From assembly GCA_963702545.1 (NCBI GenBank), contig CAVPDB010000013.1:90118-154117 (forward strand): 64,000 nt of DNA, in the 5' to 3' direction. The translations under genes and the position numbers were made by a program. Shown one piece after another: positions 23,305 through 36,726 of the stretch; the first letter of the stretch is position 1; the number at the start of each line of letters is the position of its first letter. The DNA comes from an uncultured Acidobacteriota bacterium. GTDB taxonomy: Bacteria > Acidobacteriota > Polarisedimenticolia > J045. The notes beneath the pieces were generated by a model that searched no databases, was not told the origin of the DNA, and worked only from the letters and a program-made list of their open reading frames with translations.

Positions 23305-23410
23305 TCCCGTCTCTCGCCAGAGGAACGCGATTGTAGGGGGCGGTGTGCGGTCGCGCCCGTCGTGCGGGCCGCGCCGAGGCCGCAGCGGCCGCGCCAGGGC
23401 CGCGCCGAGG

Positions 23411-24172
<762 letters not shown>

Positions 24173-24223
24173 GCCGAAACGGTAGCACCGGCGCGCGTCC
24201 GCGGGGACGCGGCCGTCCGCGGG

Positions 24224-24583
24224 CTAAGGCGCCGCGCGCGCTCGCGCCTCGGCTTCGACCACGCCGGCGGCCCGGAGCAGCGCCAGGCAGATCGCGTGCG
24301 GCAGCGCGTCCTCGCAGATGTAGGCCGCGGGGACCCAGCCCGATGAGAACTGCTCGGCCGAGCGCTTCACCCAGACCTCGGGGAAGGGGTACTCGATCGT
24401 CAGCTTGACGTTGCGGTGGACCGCGGCGAAGGCGTCGACGGCCTCGAAGGCCAGCTTGAGGTCGGTGCTGTAGGCCGGGTAGCTCGCGTCCGGAAGCCCC
24501 CCCGTGTGGCCGCAGATCAGCGTCGCCACCAGCCGGTTCAGCTTCGGCCCGGCGGCAGTCCTGTCCTTTGAGAGAGCATCCAT
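24224..24583 (-). CDS. hypothetical small protein
   Basis: About 119 aa if started at the ATG at 24583 (MDALSKDR...); the ORF is open up to 24652. No family recognised with confidence. Confidence 0.4.
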   Translation of the reverse strand: MDALSKDRTAAGPKLNRLVATLICGHTGGLPDASYPAYSTDLKLAFEAVDAFAAVHRNVKLTIEYPFPEVWVKRSAEQFSSGWVPAAYICEDALPHAICLALLRAAGVVEAEARARAAP

Positions 24584-24799
24584 CGACGGGCCCACGAGGG
24601 AAAACTGTGGCCCAGGGCGGGGAAAGGCAAGCCGCGGCGGGCAACCCCGCAAACCTTCTGACCCAAGGTCAAATCCGGCATCCGGAGGGGCGACCCGGGC
24701 GCTCTACGAGGCGAAGGAGCCGGCGGCCGCCGGCGAGGGGGTTCTCGAGGTTGACCTGGCCCAGGCCGGGGCCAGGCGCGGGAGGGGAGCCGTCTGCCG

Positions 24800-24833
24800 A
24801 AAAAGAAGGGGGCCGGCCCGCAGGCCGGCCCCC
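24800..24833 (-). terminator. canonical rho-independent terminator of hppA
   Basis: On the minus strand, 22 nt after the hppA stop: GGGGGCCGGCC, loop UGCG, GGCCGGCCCCC (11-bp perfect stem), followed directly by UUCUUUUU. Confidence 0.8.
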
Positions 24834-24855
24834 GGTGGCCCCGCGTGCGGCCGCG

Positions 24856-27354
<2,499 letters not shown>

Positions 27355-27404
27355 CCTCTCCTGGCGGGAAGGCGAACACTGCGGGTTTCTGCGAGGGACG
27401 TCGC

Positions 27405-27433
27405 CTTATAGCAAAGGGCGGGGGCGGTGTCGA
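27405..27433 (-). promoter_or_regulatory. sigma70-like promoter for hppA
   Basis: On the minus strand: TCGACA (27433-27428), 17 nt spacer, TATAAG (27410-27405). This predicts a leader of roughly 45 nt containing AGGAGAGG before the ATG at 27354. Confidence 0.5.
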
Positions 27434-27490
27434 CACAGAGCGGGCGACCCTAAACCGTAAGCCCGGTTCGGCTTATCGCTCCGAATCCGT

Positions 27491-30454
27491 ATGCTGTCGG
27501 GGATGTTCCGCGACCCCCTGCCGCCCGGCGCCCGTCTGCCGCGCCTCTTCACCGAGCGGCGGGGGCTGGCATGGGCCCTCTTCGGCCTCTGCCTGGCGGC
27601 CGGGACCTGGGCCTTTCTGGACATGCCGCACCGCAAGAACCCCGCGATCCAGGCCGGGATCGCGATCGTCGTCGCTCCCTGGGCCGGGCACCCGGTGGCG
27701 GAGGTCGAGGCCTCGGTCGCGGCGCCGATCGAGGCGGCGCTGGCGTCCGATCCCGACGTCGGGGTGATCCGGACCTACGTCCGGCCGGGGCTCGCGATCT
27801 TCGAGGCCGAGCTGGACGAATACGGCGGTCCCGCCCCCCCGTTCCTGGCGCGGATGCGCGACCGGGTGGCGGAGGCGGCCCCCGGGCTGCCCCCCGGCGT
27901 CGGGCCGCTCTTCGTGGCGCTGGACGCGGGCGAGGCCGCCTCGCTGCTGCTGGCCGTGGCCGGACCCGAGGGGCCGGAGGGGGCCCGCGCGATCGACGCC
28001 GCGGCCCGGGGGCTGGCGGGCGTGCTGGCCGGCGCCCCGGGGGTATCCCGGGTCGAGCGCAGCGGGGCCGGCGGCGAGCAACTGCTGCTCGAGATCGACC
28101 CCCAGCGCCGGATCGACCTGGGCCTGCCCGAGCCGGCGATCCGGGACCTGCTGGTCGAGCGCGGCCTGGCCGCCCCCGGCGGGGTGGTCGAGTACCGCGC
28201 CGAGCCCGGGCCGCTGCCGTTCCGCGATGCCGACGAGCTGGCGAACGCGCCGCTGGGGCTCGGGCCCTTCGGGACGCCCCTCCTGGTGCGCGACCTGGCC
28301 GACCTGCGGGTCGACCCGGGCCCCGGGCCGCGGCAGCTGCTCGGCCGGCGCGACCCGGCGAGCGGCGCGTGGGTCCGCACCCCGGCGGCGACGCTGGCGG
28401 TCTACCGCGATCCGTCGGTCGGGGCGGGGTCGTTCCGCCGCGCGGTCGGCGAGGCGCTCGCCGCCGCGGCCCCGGGGCTGCCGGCCGGGGTGACCGTGCG
28501 GATCGTGACGGACGAGGCGCGCGAGGTGGGCGGCGCGCTCCAGCTCTTCTCGTTCAGTCTGCTCGAGGCGGTGCTGCTGGTCGTGGCGGTCGCGCTGGTC
28601 GGCTTCCGCGGCTGGCGCAGCGCGGCCGTGCTGGCGCTCTCGATCCCGGTCACGCTGGCCCTGACCTTCGTCCTGATGCGGCTGGTCGGCGTCGACCTGC
28701 AGCAGGTTTCGATCGGCGCCCTGATCCTGGCGCTCGGCCTGCTGGTCGACGATCCCGTCGTGGCGGCCGACGCCGCCCAGCGCCGCGTCGAGCAGGGCGA
28801 GCCGGCGCGCGAGGCGGCCTGGCGGGGCCCGGTCGAGCTGTCGCGCGCGATCCTCTACGCGACCCTGACCAACGTCGTCGCCTACCTGCCGCTGCTGGTG
28901 GTGCAGGGGCTCCTGGGCCGCTTCATCTGGGCGATCCCGGTCGTCGTGACCGCCTCGCTCGTCGCCTCGCGCTTCGTCTCGATGAGCTTCGTGCCGCTGT
29001 TCGCGAGCCACTTCGGCGCCGGGGCCCGCGTCCGGGGGGACGCGGCCCGCGCGCAAGGACGGCTCGACGCCGCGGTGCGGGAGATCGTCGCGCGGCGCTG
29101 GGCCGTGCTGGGCGTCGTGACGCTGCTGCTCGCCACGGCCGGCGGCTGGGCTCTTTCCGGCCTGCGCTCGCAGTTCTTCCCGCGCGATCCCAGCCGGCAC
29201 TTCTTCGTCGACATCGTGGCGCCGACCGACGCGCGGATGCGCGAGCTGGCCGACGAGGTGGAGCAGCAGGTGCGAACGGATGCGGTCGCGACGCTGAGCT
29301 TCCTCGGCCGCGCCGCCCCGCGCTTCTGGTTCTCGATGTTCCGCGAGCTGCCGCGGCCGGGCCGCGCGCAGGTCGTGGTCGAGGCCGAGAGCGCCGCGGT
29401 GGTCGACCGCGCGGTCGTGCCGGCGCGGCAGGCGCTCCCGGCGGAGCCCGACGCGTTCGTCGATCTGCGCGAGCTGGAGATCGGCAAGCCGGTCGGGCCG
29501 CCGGTGCAGGTCCGGATCGCGGGCCCCGACCCGGCGCGGCTCCGCGAACTGGGCGCCCGCGCGGCGGCCGCGCTGCAGGCGACGGGCCGGGCCGTCGGCG
29601 TGCGCGACGACTGGGGGATCCTCGACGGTCCGGATCGCGAGCCCGGTCCGGTCGAACTGACCGTCGGGACGATCGGCGAGGGGACCGCGACGCGGGACCT
29701 CACGCTGCGCCTGGTCACCCCGCCCGCGGCGGCCGAGGGCGGGCCGCCCCTGGCCCGCCGCGACGGGCAGCCGGCCGTGACCGTCGCCGCCTTTGCGGCG
29801 CCGGGGCTCTACCCGTCGGAGGTGCTGGCCGCGGCGCGGCCCGCGCTCGACGCGCTCGAGGCCGCGCTGCCCGCCGGCTACCGGCTCGAGTACGGCGGCG
29901 AGGCCGAGGAGCAGGCGAAGGGGTTCCGGCAGCTGGCGTGGGCGCTGATCGTCTCCGTGCTGCTGATCGCGCTGGCGCTCGTGGTCCAGTTCCGGAGCGC
30001 GCGCAAGCCGCTCCTGGTCTTCGCCACGATTCCGTTCGGCGTCGTCGGGGCCTTCGTCGCGCTGCGTCTGGCGAACGCGCCGTTCGGTTTCATGGCCTTT
30101 CTCGGGATCGCCAGCCTGATCGGGGTGATCGTCAGCCACCTGATCGTGCTGTTCGACCGGATCGAGGCGCTCGAACGGGAAGGGCGCGCGCTCGAGCCGG
30201 CGCTGGTCGAGGCGGTCCGCTCGCGGGCGCGGCCCGTCGTCGTCACCGTCGCCGCGACGGTGATCGCGCTGGTGCCCCTGGCGCGCCGCGGCGGCCCGCT
30301 GTGGGAACCCCTCTGCTACGCGCAGATGGGCGGGCTGACCCTGGCGACGGTCGTGACCTTCGTGCTGGTCCCGGCGCTCTACGCGGTGGCCGTGCGGGAC
30401 CTGCGGCTGATCCCGTGGGGCCCGGCCGCGCCGCCCCGGCGGGCCCGGGATTAA
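27491..30454 (+). CDS. RND-family efflux transporter permease (AcrB-like)
   Basis: 987 aa. Twelve-TM, two-large-loop architecture and ACR_tran-like sequence (LFTERRGLAWALFG..., GALILALGLLVDDPVV, AFLGIASLIGVIVSHLIVLFD). Confidence 0.85.
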   Translation: MLSGMFRDPLPPGARLPRLFTERRGLAWALFGLCLAAGTWAFLDMPHRKNPAIQAGIAIVVAPWAGHPVAEVEASVAAPIEAALASDPDVGVIRTYVRPGLAIFEAELDEYGGPAPPFLARMRDRVAEAAPGLPPGVGPLFVALDAGEAASLLLAVAGPEGPEGARAIDAAARGLAGVLAGAPGVSRVERSGAGGEQLLLEIDPQRRIDLGLPEPAIRDLLVERGLAAPGGVVEYRAEPGPLPFRDADELANAPLGLGPFGTPLLVRDLADLRVDPGPGPRQLLGRRDPASGAWVRTPAATLAVYRDPSVGAGSFRRAVGEALAAAAPGLPAGVTVRIVTDEAREVGGALQLFSFSLLEAVLLVVAVALVGFRGWRSAAVLALSIPVTLALTFVLMRLVGVDLQQVSIGALILALGLLVDDPVVAADAAQRRVEQGEPAREAAWRGPVELSRAILYATLTNVVAYLPLLVVQGLLGRFIWAIPVVVTASLVASRFVSMSFVPLFASHFGAGARVRGDAARAQGRLDAAVREIVARRWAVLGVVTLLLATAGGWALSGLRSQFFPRDPSRHFFVDIVAPTDARMRELADEVEQQVRTDAVATLSFLGRAAPRFWFSMFRELPRPGRAQVVVEAESAAVVDRAVVPARQALPAEPDAFVDLRELEIGKPVGPPVQVRIAGPDPARLRELGARAAAALQATGRAVGVRDDWGILDGPDREPGPVELTVGTIGEGTATRDLTLRLVTPPAAAEGGPPLARRDGQPAVTVAAFAAPGLYPSEVLAAARPALDALEAALPAGYRLEYGGEAEEQAKGFRQLAWALIVSVLLIALALVVQFRSARKPLLVFATIPFGVVGAFVALRLANAPFGFMAFLGIASLIGVIVSHLIVLFDRIEALEREGRALEPALVEAVRSRARPVVVTVAATVIALVPLARRGGPLWEPLCYAQMGGLTLATVVTFVLVPALYAVAVRDLRLIPWGPAAPPRRARD

Positions 30455-30502
30455 GATGGCCCGCGCCGCCCCCGGCCCGGGGGCGGAAAGGAGCCGCGGC
30501 CC

Positions 30503-31778
30503 GTGGCCGACCAGCTCGACCTGCTCGTCTTCCGGAACTTCGCGATCGCGCTGGCGATCGGCGCACTGGTCGGCCTCGAGCGCGAGAAGAAGAAGGAGCT
30601 CGAAGGGGACATCGGGGTCGGCGGGCTCCGGACCTTCATCCTGATCGCGATGACCGGCGCGGTCGGCGGGTGGCTGTCGCAGGTGCTCGGCTCGCCCTGG
30701 GTGCTGGTCGCGGCGCTGCTCGCGGTGGCGGCCGGCGTGGTCGCCGGCTACGCGATCCAGGGGCTGCGCAACCCCCGCTTCTACGGGATGACGACCGAGG
30801 TCGCGGCGGTCGTGGTCTGCCTGCTCGGCAGCGTCTGCATGCTCGGCCACCCCGAGGTCGCGATCGCGCTCGGGATCGCCACCTCGGCCGTGCTGGCCTT
30901 CAAAGAGCCGCTCCACCGGCTGGTGGCCCGGATCGGGACCGAGGACATCTACGCCGGCGTCAAGCTGCTGATCGCGTCGTTCATCGTGCTGCCGCTGCTC
31001 CCGGACCGGACGGTCGACCCGTGGGGCGCGATCAACCCCTACAAGCTGTGGCTGCTGGTGGTCCTGATCTCGGCGCTCTCGCTGGTCGGCTACATCGCGG
31101 TGCGCTGGCTGGGGCCCGAGCGCGGCACGGCCGTCACCGGCCTGTTCGGCGGCGTCGTCTCCTCGACCGCGGTGACGCTGACCTTCGCGAAGCAGAGCCG
31201 GGACGAGCCGCACGAGGCCTCGACCTTCTCGCTGGGGATCCTGATCGCCTGGCTCGTGATGGCGGTGCGGATCGTGGTCCTGGTCGCGATCGTCGACGCG
31301 ACGCTGGTCCCGGCGATCCTGCCGCCCTTCATCGGGGCCGCGCCTGGCGACCCTCGCGATGGCGGGGCTGGCCTGGCGGAAGAGCGTGACCGAGGAGACG
31401 GCGCACCCGCAGGAGGTCCCGCTGAAAAACCCCTTCAGCCTGACCGAGGCGATCAAGTTCGCGCTCTTCTTCGCGGCCGTGCTGCTGGTCGTGCGGCTGG
31501 TCGAGCTCTACGCGCCCGGCCGCGGCTTCTACGCCGTCGCCGCGCTGGCCGGGCTGACCGACGTCGACGCGATCACGCTCTCGATGACCAAGTACGCCGG
31601 CGAGAGCGGCGACACCCGCACCGCGGCGCTGGCGATCGCGATCGGGGCGCTGTCCAACACGCTGGTCAAGGGGGGGTACGTCGTCGCGCTCGGCGCCCCG
31701 GCGCTCCGGCGTCGGATCGTCGTGGCGACGGTGGTGATCGCCGCGGCGGTCGTGATCGGGATGCTGCTGGTGCGGTAG
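30503..31778 (+). CDS. MgtC/SapB-like membrane protein with DUF4010-type C-terminal half (one frame break)
   Basis: N-terminus FRNFAIALAIGALVGLEREKKK...GGLRTFILIAMTG matches the MgtC family. The frame breaks at about 31343, where there is one extra C in GCG C CTG. The continuation LATLAMAGLAWRKS...GLTDVDAITLSMTK runs to the stop at 31778. Confidence 0.75.
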
Positions 31779-31870
31779 CAGGTCCGGCGGGCGGTCACCG
31801 CCCGGTGCGAGCCGGCCCGGTCATGGTGTCCCGATCTGCCCGAGGAGCTTCCGGATGCGCGGCGCAGGAC

Positions 31871-32431
31871 CTACCGCCGCGTCACCGGGATGTGCACCTC
31901 GGCGCGCTTGAGGAACCAGGGCTTGAAGGGGCCGTCCCAGTAGACCGCGTACGGCTCGCCGGACGGCTCGTACTCCGGGCGCTCCGCCAGCCAGGCCCGC
32001 AGCTTCGCCAGCCCCTCGTCGTAGTTCTCGCGCGAGTAGGCGCCGCGCTGGCCGATCGCCACGACGAGCTGCGCGGGGCGCTCGTAGACCTGGACCGCGC
32101 CCTCCTTCGACGGCAGTTCGCCGGTGCGGTCGCGCTCGACGAAGAAACGCATCCGCGCCGGGCGCGGGTCCGCTTCGACCGGGACCGTCATCGCCAGGTC
32201 GTTGGCGCGGATGTAGTCGAACAGCACCATGAACGGCCCGTTCCGGCTCTCGAAGTAGTCGCTGCCGCCGGTGGCCTCCATCACGCGGGCCGGCGGGAGC
32301 TCCTTCACCTCGATCACGTCCACCTCGGTCGGCGGGTAGTTGGACTCGTAGGCCATGGCGGGGCCCCCTGCGAGGGCGATCAGGACGGCCACGAAAGAGA
32401 GCGGCCGGGGTGCGACGCGACGAATGGTCAT
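31871..32431 (-). CDS. SOUL/HBP-type haem-binding-like protein, secreted
   Basis: 186 aa with a signal peptide. The overall pattern (YESNYPP.EV..IEV.ELP..RV.E........F..LF.YI......I.MT.PV) resembles SOUL haem-binding family proteins. Confidence 0.6.
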   Translation of the reverse strand: MTIRRVAPRPLSFVAVLIALAGGPAMAYESNYPPTEVDVIEVKELPPARVMEATGGSDYFESRNGPFMVLFDYIRANDLAMTVPVEADPRPARMRFFVERDRTGELPSKEGAVQVYERPAQLVVAIGQRGAYSRENYDEGLAKLRAWLAERPEYEPSGEPYAVYWDGPFKPWFLKRAEVHIPVTRR

Positions 32432-32623
32432 ACCGCGAGAGTAGACAAGGCCCCGCGCCGCCGCAAATGCGGCGCGGCGGTGTAGGATCGCGTCCCCGTC
32501 GCGGGGACGCAGGGAGGCTTACCGGTGGGACAGGGCGCGCGCGCGCGATCGACGGGCCGGGGACGCCTCGGAGCCGCCCTGCGGGCGGCGGGCCCGGTCG
32601 TCGTGCTGCGCGAGGAGCACCTG

Positions 32624-33388
32624 ATGCCCGGGGCGCGGATCAAGTCCGCCCCGGCGCCCGACAGCGTGCGGCTCGAAATCCCGGTCGCGCCCGGCGTCAC
32701 GCTGCGCGGCATCACGGCCCGGCGTCCGGACGCGCAGCTGGCCGTGGTCTACTTCGGGGGCAACGGGGAGATCATCGGACCCGAGGCCGGCATCGCCTGG
32801 CTGGCGGGCAGGCACCCGTTCGATCTCTACGCGGTGAACTACCGCGGCTTCGGGCCGAGCGACGGCAAGGCCTCCCTGGACGCGGTGGTCGGCGACGGCG
32901 TGGCGATCTTCGACGCGGTCGCGGCGCGGCCGGAGATCGCCGGAAAGCCGATCCTGGTCTACGGCTTCTCGCTCGGCTCGTGGCCGGCCCTGGCGGTGGC
33001 CGGAGTGCGCGGGGTCGCGGGAATCGTGCTGCAGAGCCCGCCCAACGCGGCGGCGGAGGTCGTGCCGCACCTGACGAGCCTGCTGCCGTGGTACCTGCGG
33101 CCCTTCGTGCGCATCGCGCTGGCGCCCGAGGTCGCCGCGCGCGAAGATCAGCCCGTGCACCTCGCGCCGCGGGTCCGGGCGCCGCTCCTCGTGCTGCACG
33201 GCGACGCTGACCTGTCGGTGCCGATCGCCTGCGGTCGCACGGTCCTCGCGGAGGCAGGGTCGGAGGACAAGGAGTTCGTCACGGTTCCGGGCGGGGGGCA
33301 CATCGATCTGTGGACGGTGGGAGGCGAGGCACTGCACGCGCGTCTTGCGGGTTTCCTGGAGAAGGTCACGAGGAGAGGGACGGCATGA
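32624..33388 (+). CDS. alpha/beta-fold hydrolase
   Basis: The ATG at 32624 follows GAGGAG. Nucleophile elbow GFSLGS, LVLHGDAD, and a C-terminal GGGH catalytic-His context. Confidence 0.75.
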   Translation: MPGARIKSAPAPDSVRLEIPVAPGVTLRGITARRPDAQLAVVYFGGNGEIIGPEAGIAWLAGRHPFDLYAVNYRGFGPSDGKASLDAVVGDGVAIFDAVAARPEIAGKPILVYGFSLGSWPALAVAGVRGVAGIVLQSPPNAAAEVVPHLTSLLPWYLRPFVRIALAPEVAAREDQPVHLAPRVRAPLLVLHGDADLSVPIACGRTVLAEAGSEDKEFVTVPGGGHIDLWTVGGEALHARLAGFLEKVTRRGTA

Positions 33389-33814
33389 TGAAACAGATCA
33401 ACACCAAGCGGGTGGTCATCGGTGGGGTGCTGGGCGCGGTCGCCTGGGTCGCGTGGGGAGTCGTCATCCAGCTGACGGTACTCGGCAAGATGTACCCCGA
33501 GGCACAGCAGGCCGGCTATTTCCTCCAGCAGCCGCGCTACGGCTTCTTTCCCTTCGCCTGGATCGGGCTCGAGCTGGTGCTGGCACTGATCTGCGCCGCG
33601 CTCTACGCCGCGGTGCGCGAGGGCTGGGGCCCCGGCCCCGGGACCGCGCTCCGGCTGGGCCTGATGGTCGGTTTCGCGGCCGGCTTCCCGCTCTCGTTCG
33701 CGATGGCGACCTGGTCGCCCGCGCCGCGCGACTTTCCCGCTGTGGTGGATGCTCGAGCTGTGGGTCGGCGCGGTCGCCGCGACCCTGATCGCGGGGTGGT
33801 ACTACCGCGAGTGA
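33385..33814 (+). CDS. small integral membrane protein (one frame break)
   Basis: The start ATGATGA overlaps the stop of the hydrolase. Three or four hydrophobic helices. The frame breaks in the C run at 33736-33738; the corrected C-terminus PLWWMLELWVGAVAATLIAGWYYRE ends at the TGA at 33812-33814. Confidence 0.55.
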
Positions 33815-35001
33815 GCGGGCGCAGCGACGCGGCTCAGGAGAGCCGCGGACGCCAGTCCCAGCCCGAGCATCGCCGGCCACAGCACGCCGCCGCCGTAGTG
33901 GTCGAGCAGGAAGGTCCCGATCGGCGGGGCGAGGACCAGCGCGAAGCCGAAAGTCATCGTGAACAGGCCCATGTACTCGCCCGATCGGTGCTCCGGGGCG
34001 ATGTCGCCGACGTAGGCGGCCATCGCGGGCAGCAGGACCATCTCGCCGAAAGTCCAGACCACGACCGTGACCGCGATCCCGACCCGGCCGTGCGTCAGCG
34101 CCATTCCGCCGAAGCCAAGGGCGACGAGGGCCGCGCCGAGCGCGAGCTGCCGGCCGGCCCGCCAGCCCGCCATCGCGACGTTCAGCGGCACCTCGAGCAC
34201 GACGATGATCAGGGTGTTGAGCGTGAACAGCGCCCCGTAGAAGGCGGCCGTGTAGCCGAGGTCGCGGACCAGGAAGAGCGGCAGGGCGGCCGTGAGCTGG
34301 AAGAAGACGACCAGCGCCGGGAGTGAGGCGAGGAGGAAGTAGAGCAGCCGGCGGTCGCGCCACGCCTCGCCGAGCAGCGGGGAGCGAGACGCGCCGTCGG
34401 CGGCCGGTGCCGCGGCGCCCGCCTCGCTCCTCGCGGCGCCTACGGGAACCCACGCCAGCAGCGCCGCGGCGGCCAGCGACGAGGCGCCATCGACCCAGAA
34501 CAGCGCCTTGTACGACCAGGCCGCGAGGAACCCCCCCAGCGCCGGCCCGACGCTCATCCCGAGGTTGATCGCCAGGCGGTTCAGCGCGAAGGCGGCCTTG
34601 CGCTGTTCCGGCCCGGCCGCGAGCGAGACCGCCGAGAGGCTCGCGGGCCGGTAGGCCTCCGAGACCGCCGCGAACAGCACCGTCGCGGCGATCACCGGGG
34701 CCACGCCGCGCACGAACGGGTAGAGCGCCAGCACCGCGGCCGAGAGCACCAGCGAGCTGCCCATCACGCGCGTCGCGCCGAAGCGGTCCGCGAGCCGGCC
34801 CGAGATCGGGGCGGCGACGATCGAGGCCGCGCCGAAGACGCCGACGATCGCGCCCGCCAACGCGCTCGAGAACCCGAGCGGCCCGGTCAGGTAGAGCACC
34901 AGGAACGGGATGACCATCGTCCCCACGCGGTTGACGAAGGTCGTCGCCGCCAGCGCCCAGACCTCGCGCGGCAGATCGGCGACGCCGCGCCAGGGGTTCA
35001 T
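33802..35001 (-). CDS. MFS transporter
   Basis: 399 aa from the ATG at 35001, which overlaps the ggt stop (ATGA). Twelve predicted helices and MFS motif A-like GRLADRFGATRV. Confidence 0.85.
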   Translation of the reverse strand: MNPWRGVADLPREVWALAATTFVNRVGTMVIPFLVLYLTGPLGFSSALAGAIVGVFGAASIVAAPISGRLADRFGATRVMGSSLVLSAAVLALYPFVRGVAPVIAATVLFAAVSEAYRPASLSAVSLAAGPEQRKAAFALNRLAINLGMSVGPALGGFLAAWSYKALFWVDGASSLAAAALLAWVPVGAARSEAGAAAPAADGASRSPLLGEAWRDRRLLYFLLASLPALVVFFQLTAALPLFLVRDLGYTAAFYGALFTLNTLIIVVLEVPLNVAMAGWRAGRQLALGAALVALGFGGMALTHGRVGIAVTVVVWTFGEMVLLPAMAAYVGDIAPEHRSGEYMGLFTMTFGFALVLAPPIGTFLLDHYGGGVLWPAMLGLGLASAALLSRVAAPAHSR

Positions 35002-36716
35002 CAGTAGCCGATCGCCGCGCCGTCCTTGCGCGACTCCGACGCGCCCGCCCGCACGCCGGTGGCAGGGTCGATGCAGACCGCCTGGTAGCCGCCGAACTGC
35101 CCGGGGAGCGCGGTCAGCTGGTGCCCGCGCCGCGCCAGCTCGCGCAGCACCTCGGGCGGGACGCCGGACTCCAGGGCGAGCCGGCCGCCGTCGGTCATCG
35201 GCGTGCCGGTCGGCTCCTGCGAGCCGTCGTGCACGAAGCGCGGCGCGTCGCCGGCCTCCTGCAGGTTCATCCCGAAGTCGACCAGGTTGACGACGATCTG
35301 CGCGTGCCCCTGCGGCTGGGTCGCGCCCCCCATCACGCCGAAGGCGCACCAGGGCTTGCCGTCGCGCGTCAGGAAGGCCGGGATGATCGTGTGGAACGGC
35401 CGCTTGCCGGGCTCCAGCCGGTTGGGGTGCCGCGGGTCGAGCGAGAACTGGGCGCCGCGGCTGTGCAGCCCGAAGCCCAGCTCGGGGATCGCGTAGCCGG
35501 AGCCGAAGCCGGTGTAGTTGCTCTGGATCAGCGAGACCATGTTGCCGTCGGCGTCGGCCACGGCCAGGTAGGTCGTGTCGCCGCGCTGGAGTTCCTTCGG
35601 GTCTCCCGGCGGCACCGTGCGCGCCGCGCGGGCCATGTCGATCGACTTCGCACGCGCCGCGGCGTAACCCTTGTCGAGCAGCCCGGCGACCGGGACCGAC
35701 TCGAACGCCGGGTCGGCGTAGAAGCGCGCGCGGTCGGCGAAGGCCAGCTTCTTGGCCTCGGCCAGCACGTGCCAGAAGTCGGCCGAGTCGCGCCCCATCC
35801 CCCTGAGGTCGAAGTTCTCGAGGATGTTCAGCATCTGCAGCGCCGCGAGGCCCTGCCCGTTGGGGGGCAGCTCGTGGAGCGTGACGCCGCGATAGGTCGT
35901 GGCGATCGGCTCGACCCACGGCGCGCGGTAGGTCTTGAAGTCGTCGAGCGCGAAGAATCCGCCGTTGGCGGCGGAGTAGCGCACGATCGCCTGCGCGATC
36001 GACCCCTCGCGGATCGCGGGAGGGCCCTCCTTCGCGAGGGTCTCGAACGTCCGGGCGAGCGCCGGGTTCGCAAAGAGCTGGCCTTCCCGCGGCGCTCTGC
36101 CGTCCGGAAGGAAGACCGCCGCGAAGCCCGGCTTGTCCTTGAACGCGCGCCCCCCACGCTCCCAGGCCGCGGCGATCGCCTGCGGCACCGGGGCCCCCTC
36201 GCGCGCCAGCCGGATCGCCGGGGCGAGGACCTCGGCCAGCGGCAGCCGGCCGAGCTTCGCGTGCAGCTCGAACCAGCCTTCCATCGCCCCGGGCACGGTC
36301 CAGGCGTAGGGGCTGTAGAGCGGGATCGTCCCGTCCTTCTCGGGCGGGACCTTCTCGCGCGTCAGCGCGCGCGGCGCCGGCCCCGAGGCGTTGAGGCCGA
36401 GCAGCTTCCCCTGTTTCGCGTCCCAGGCGATCGCGAACAGGTCGCCGCCCGGGCCGCACGCCACCGGCTCCAGCACGGCGAGCGCGGCATTGACGGCGAT
36501 CGCCGCGTCGGCCGCGCTGCCGCCCCGCTTCAGGATCTCGATCCCGGCCTGCGAGGCGAGCGGGTGCGCCGACGCGACCATCCCGTGCTTCGCGTAGACG
36601 ACCGAGCGGGTTGCGAACAGCTTCCCCTCGGTCCGGTCCGCGGCGCGTGCCGCCGCCGCGCCCGCGAGGGCGGCGACGACGAGCGCCAGGAACCACGCGG
36701 CGGTCGTGCGGCGCAC
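35001..36716 (-). CDS. ggt: gamma-glutamyltransferase
   Basis: 571 aa with a signal peptide. Autoprocessing/catalytic Thr context GDTTYLAVADADGNMV. C-terminal GGATQPQGHAQIVVNLVDFGMNLQEA. Confidence 0.95.
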   Translation of the reverse strand: MRRTTAAWFLALVVAALAGAAAARAADRTEGKLFATRSVVYAKHGMVASAHPLASQAGIEILKRGGSAADAAIAVNAALAVLEPVACGPGGDLFAIAWDAKQGKLLGLNASGPAPRALTREKVPPEKDGTIPLYSPYAWTVPGAMEGWFELHAKLGRLPLAEVLAPAIRLAREGAPVPQAIAAAWERGGRAFKDKPGFAAVFLPDGRAPREGQLFANPALARTFETLAKEGPPAIREGSIAQAIVRYSAANGGFFALDDFKTYRAPWVEPIATTYRGVTLHELPPNGQGLAALQMLNILENFDLRGMGRDSADFWHVLAEAKKLAFADRARFYADPAFESVPVAGLLDKGYAAARAKSIDMARAARTVPPGDPKELQRGDTTYLAVADADGNMVSLIQSNYTGFGSGYAIPELGFGLHSRGAQFSLDPRHPNRLEPGKRPFHTIIPAFLTRDGKPWCAFGVMGGATQPQGHAQIVVNLVDFGMNLQEAGDAPRFVHDGSQEPTGTPMTDGGRLALESGVPPEVLRELARRGHQLTALPGQFGGYQAVCIDPATGVRAGASESRKDGAAIGY

Positions 36717-36726
36717 GGCCGGCCGC

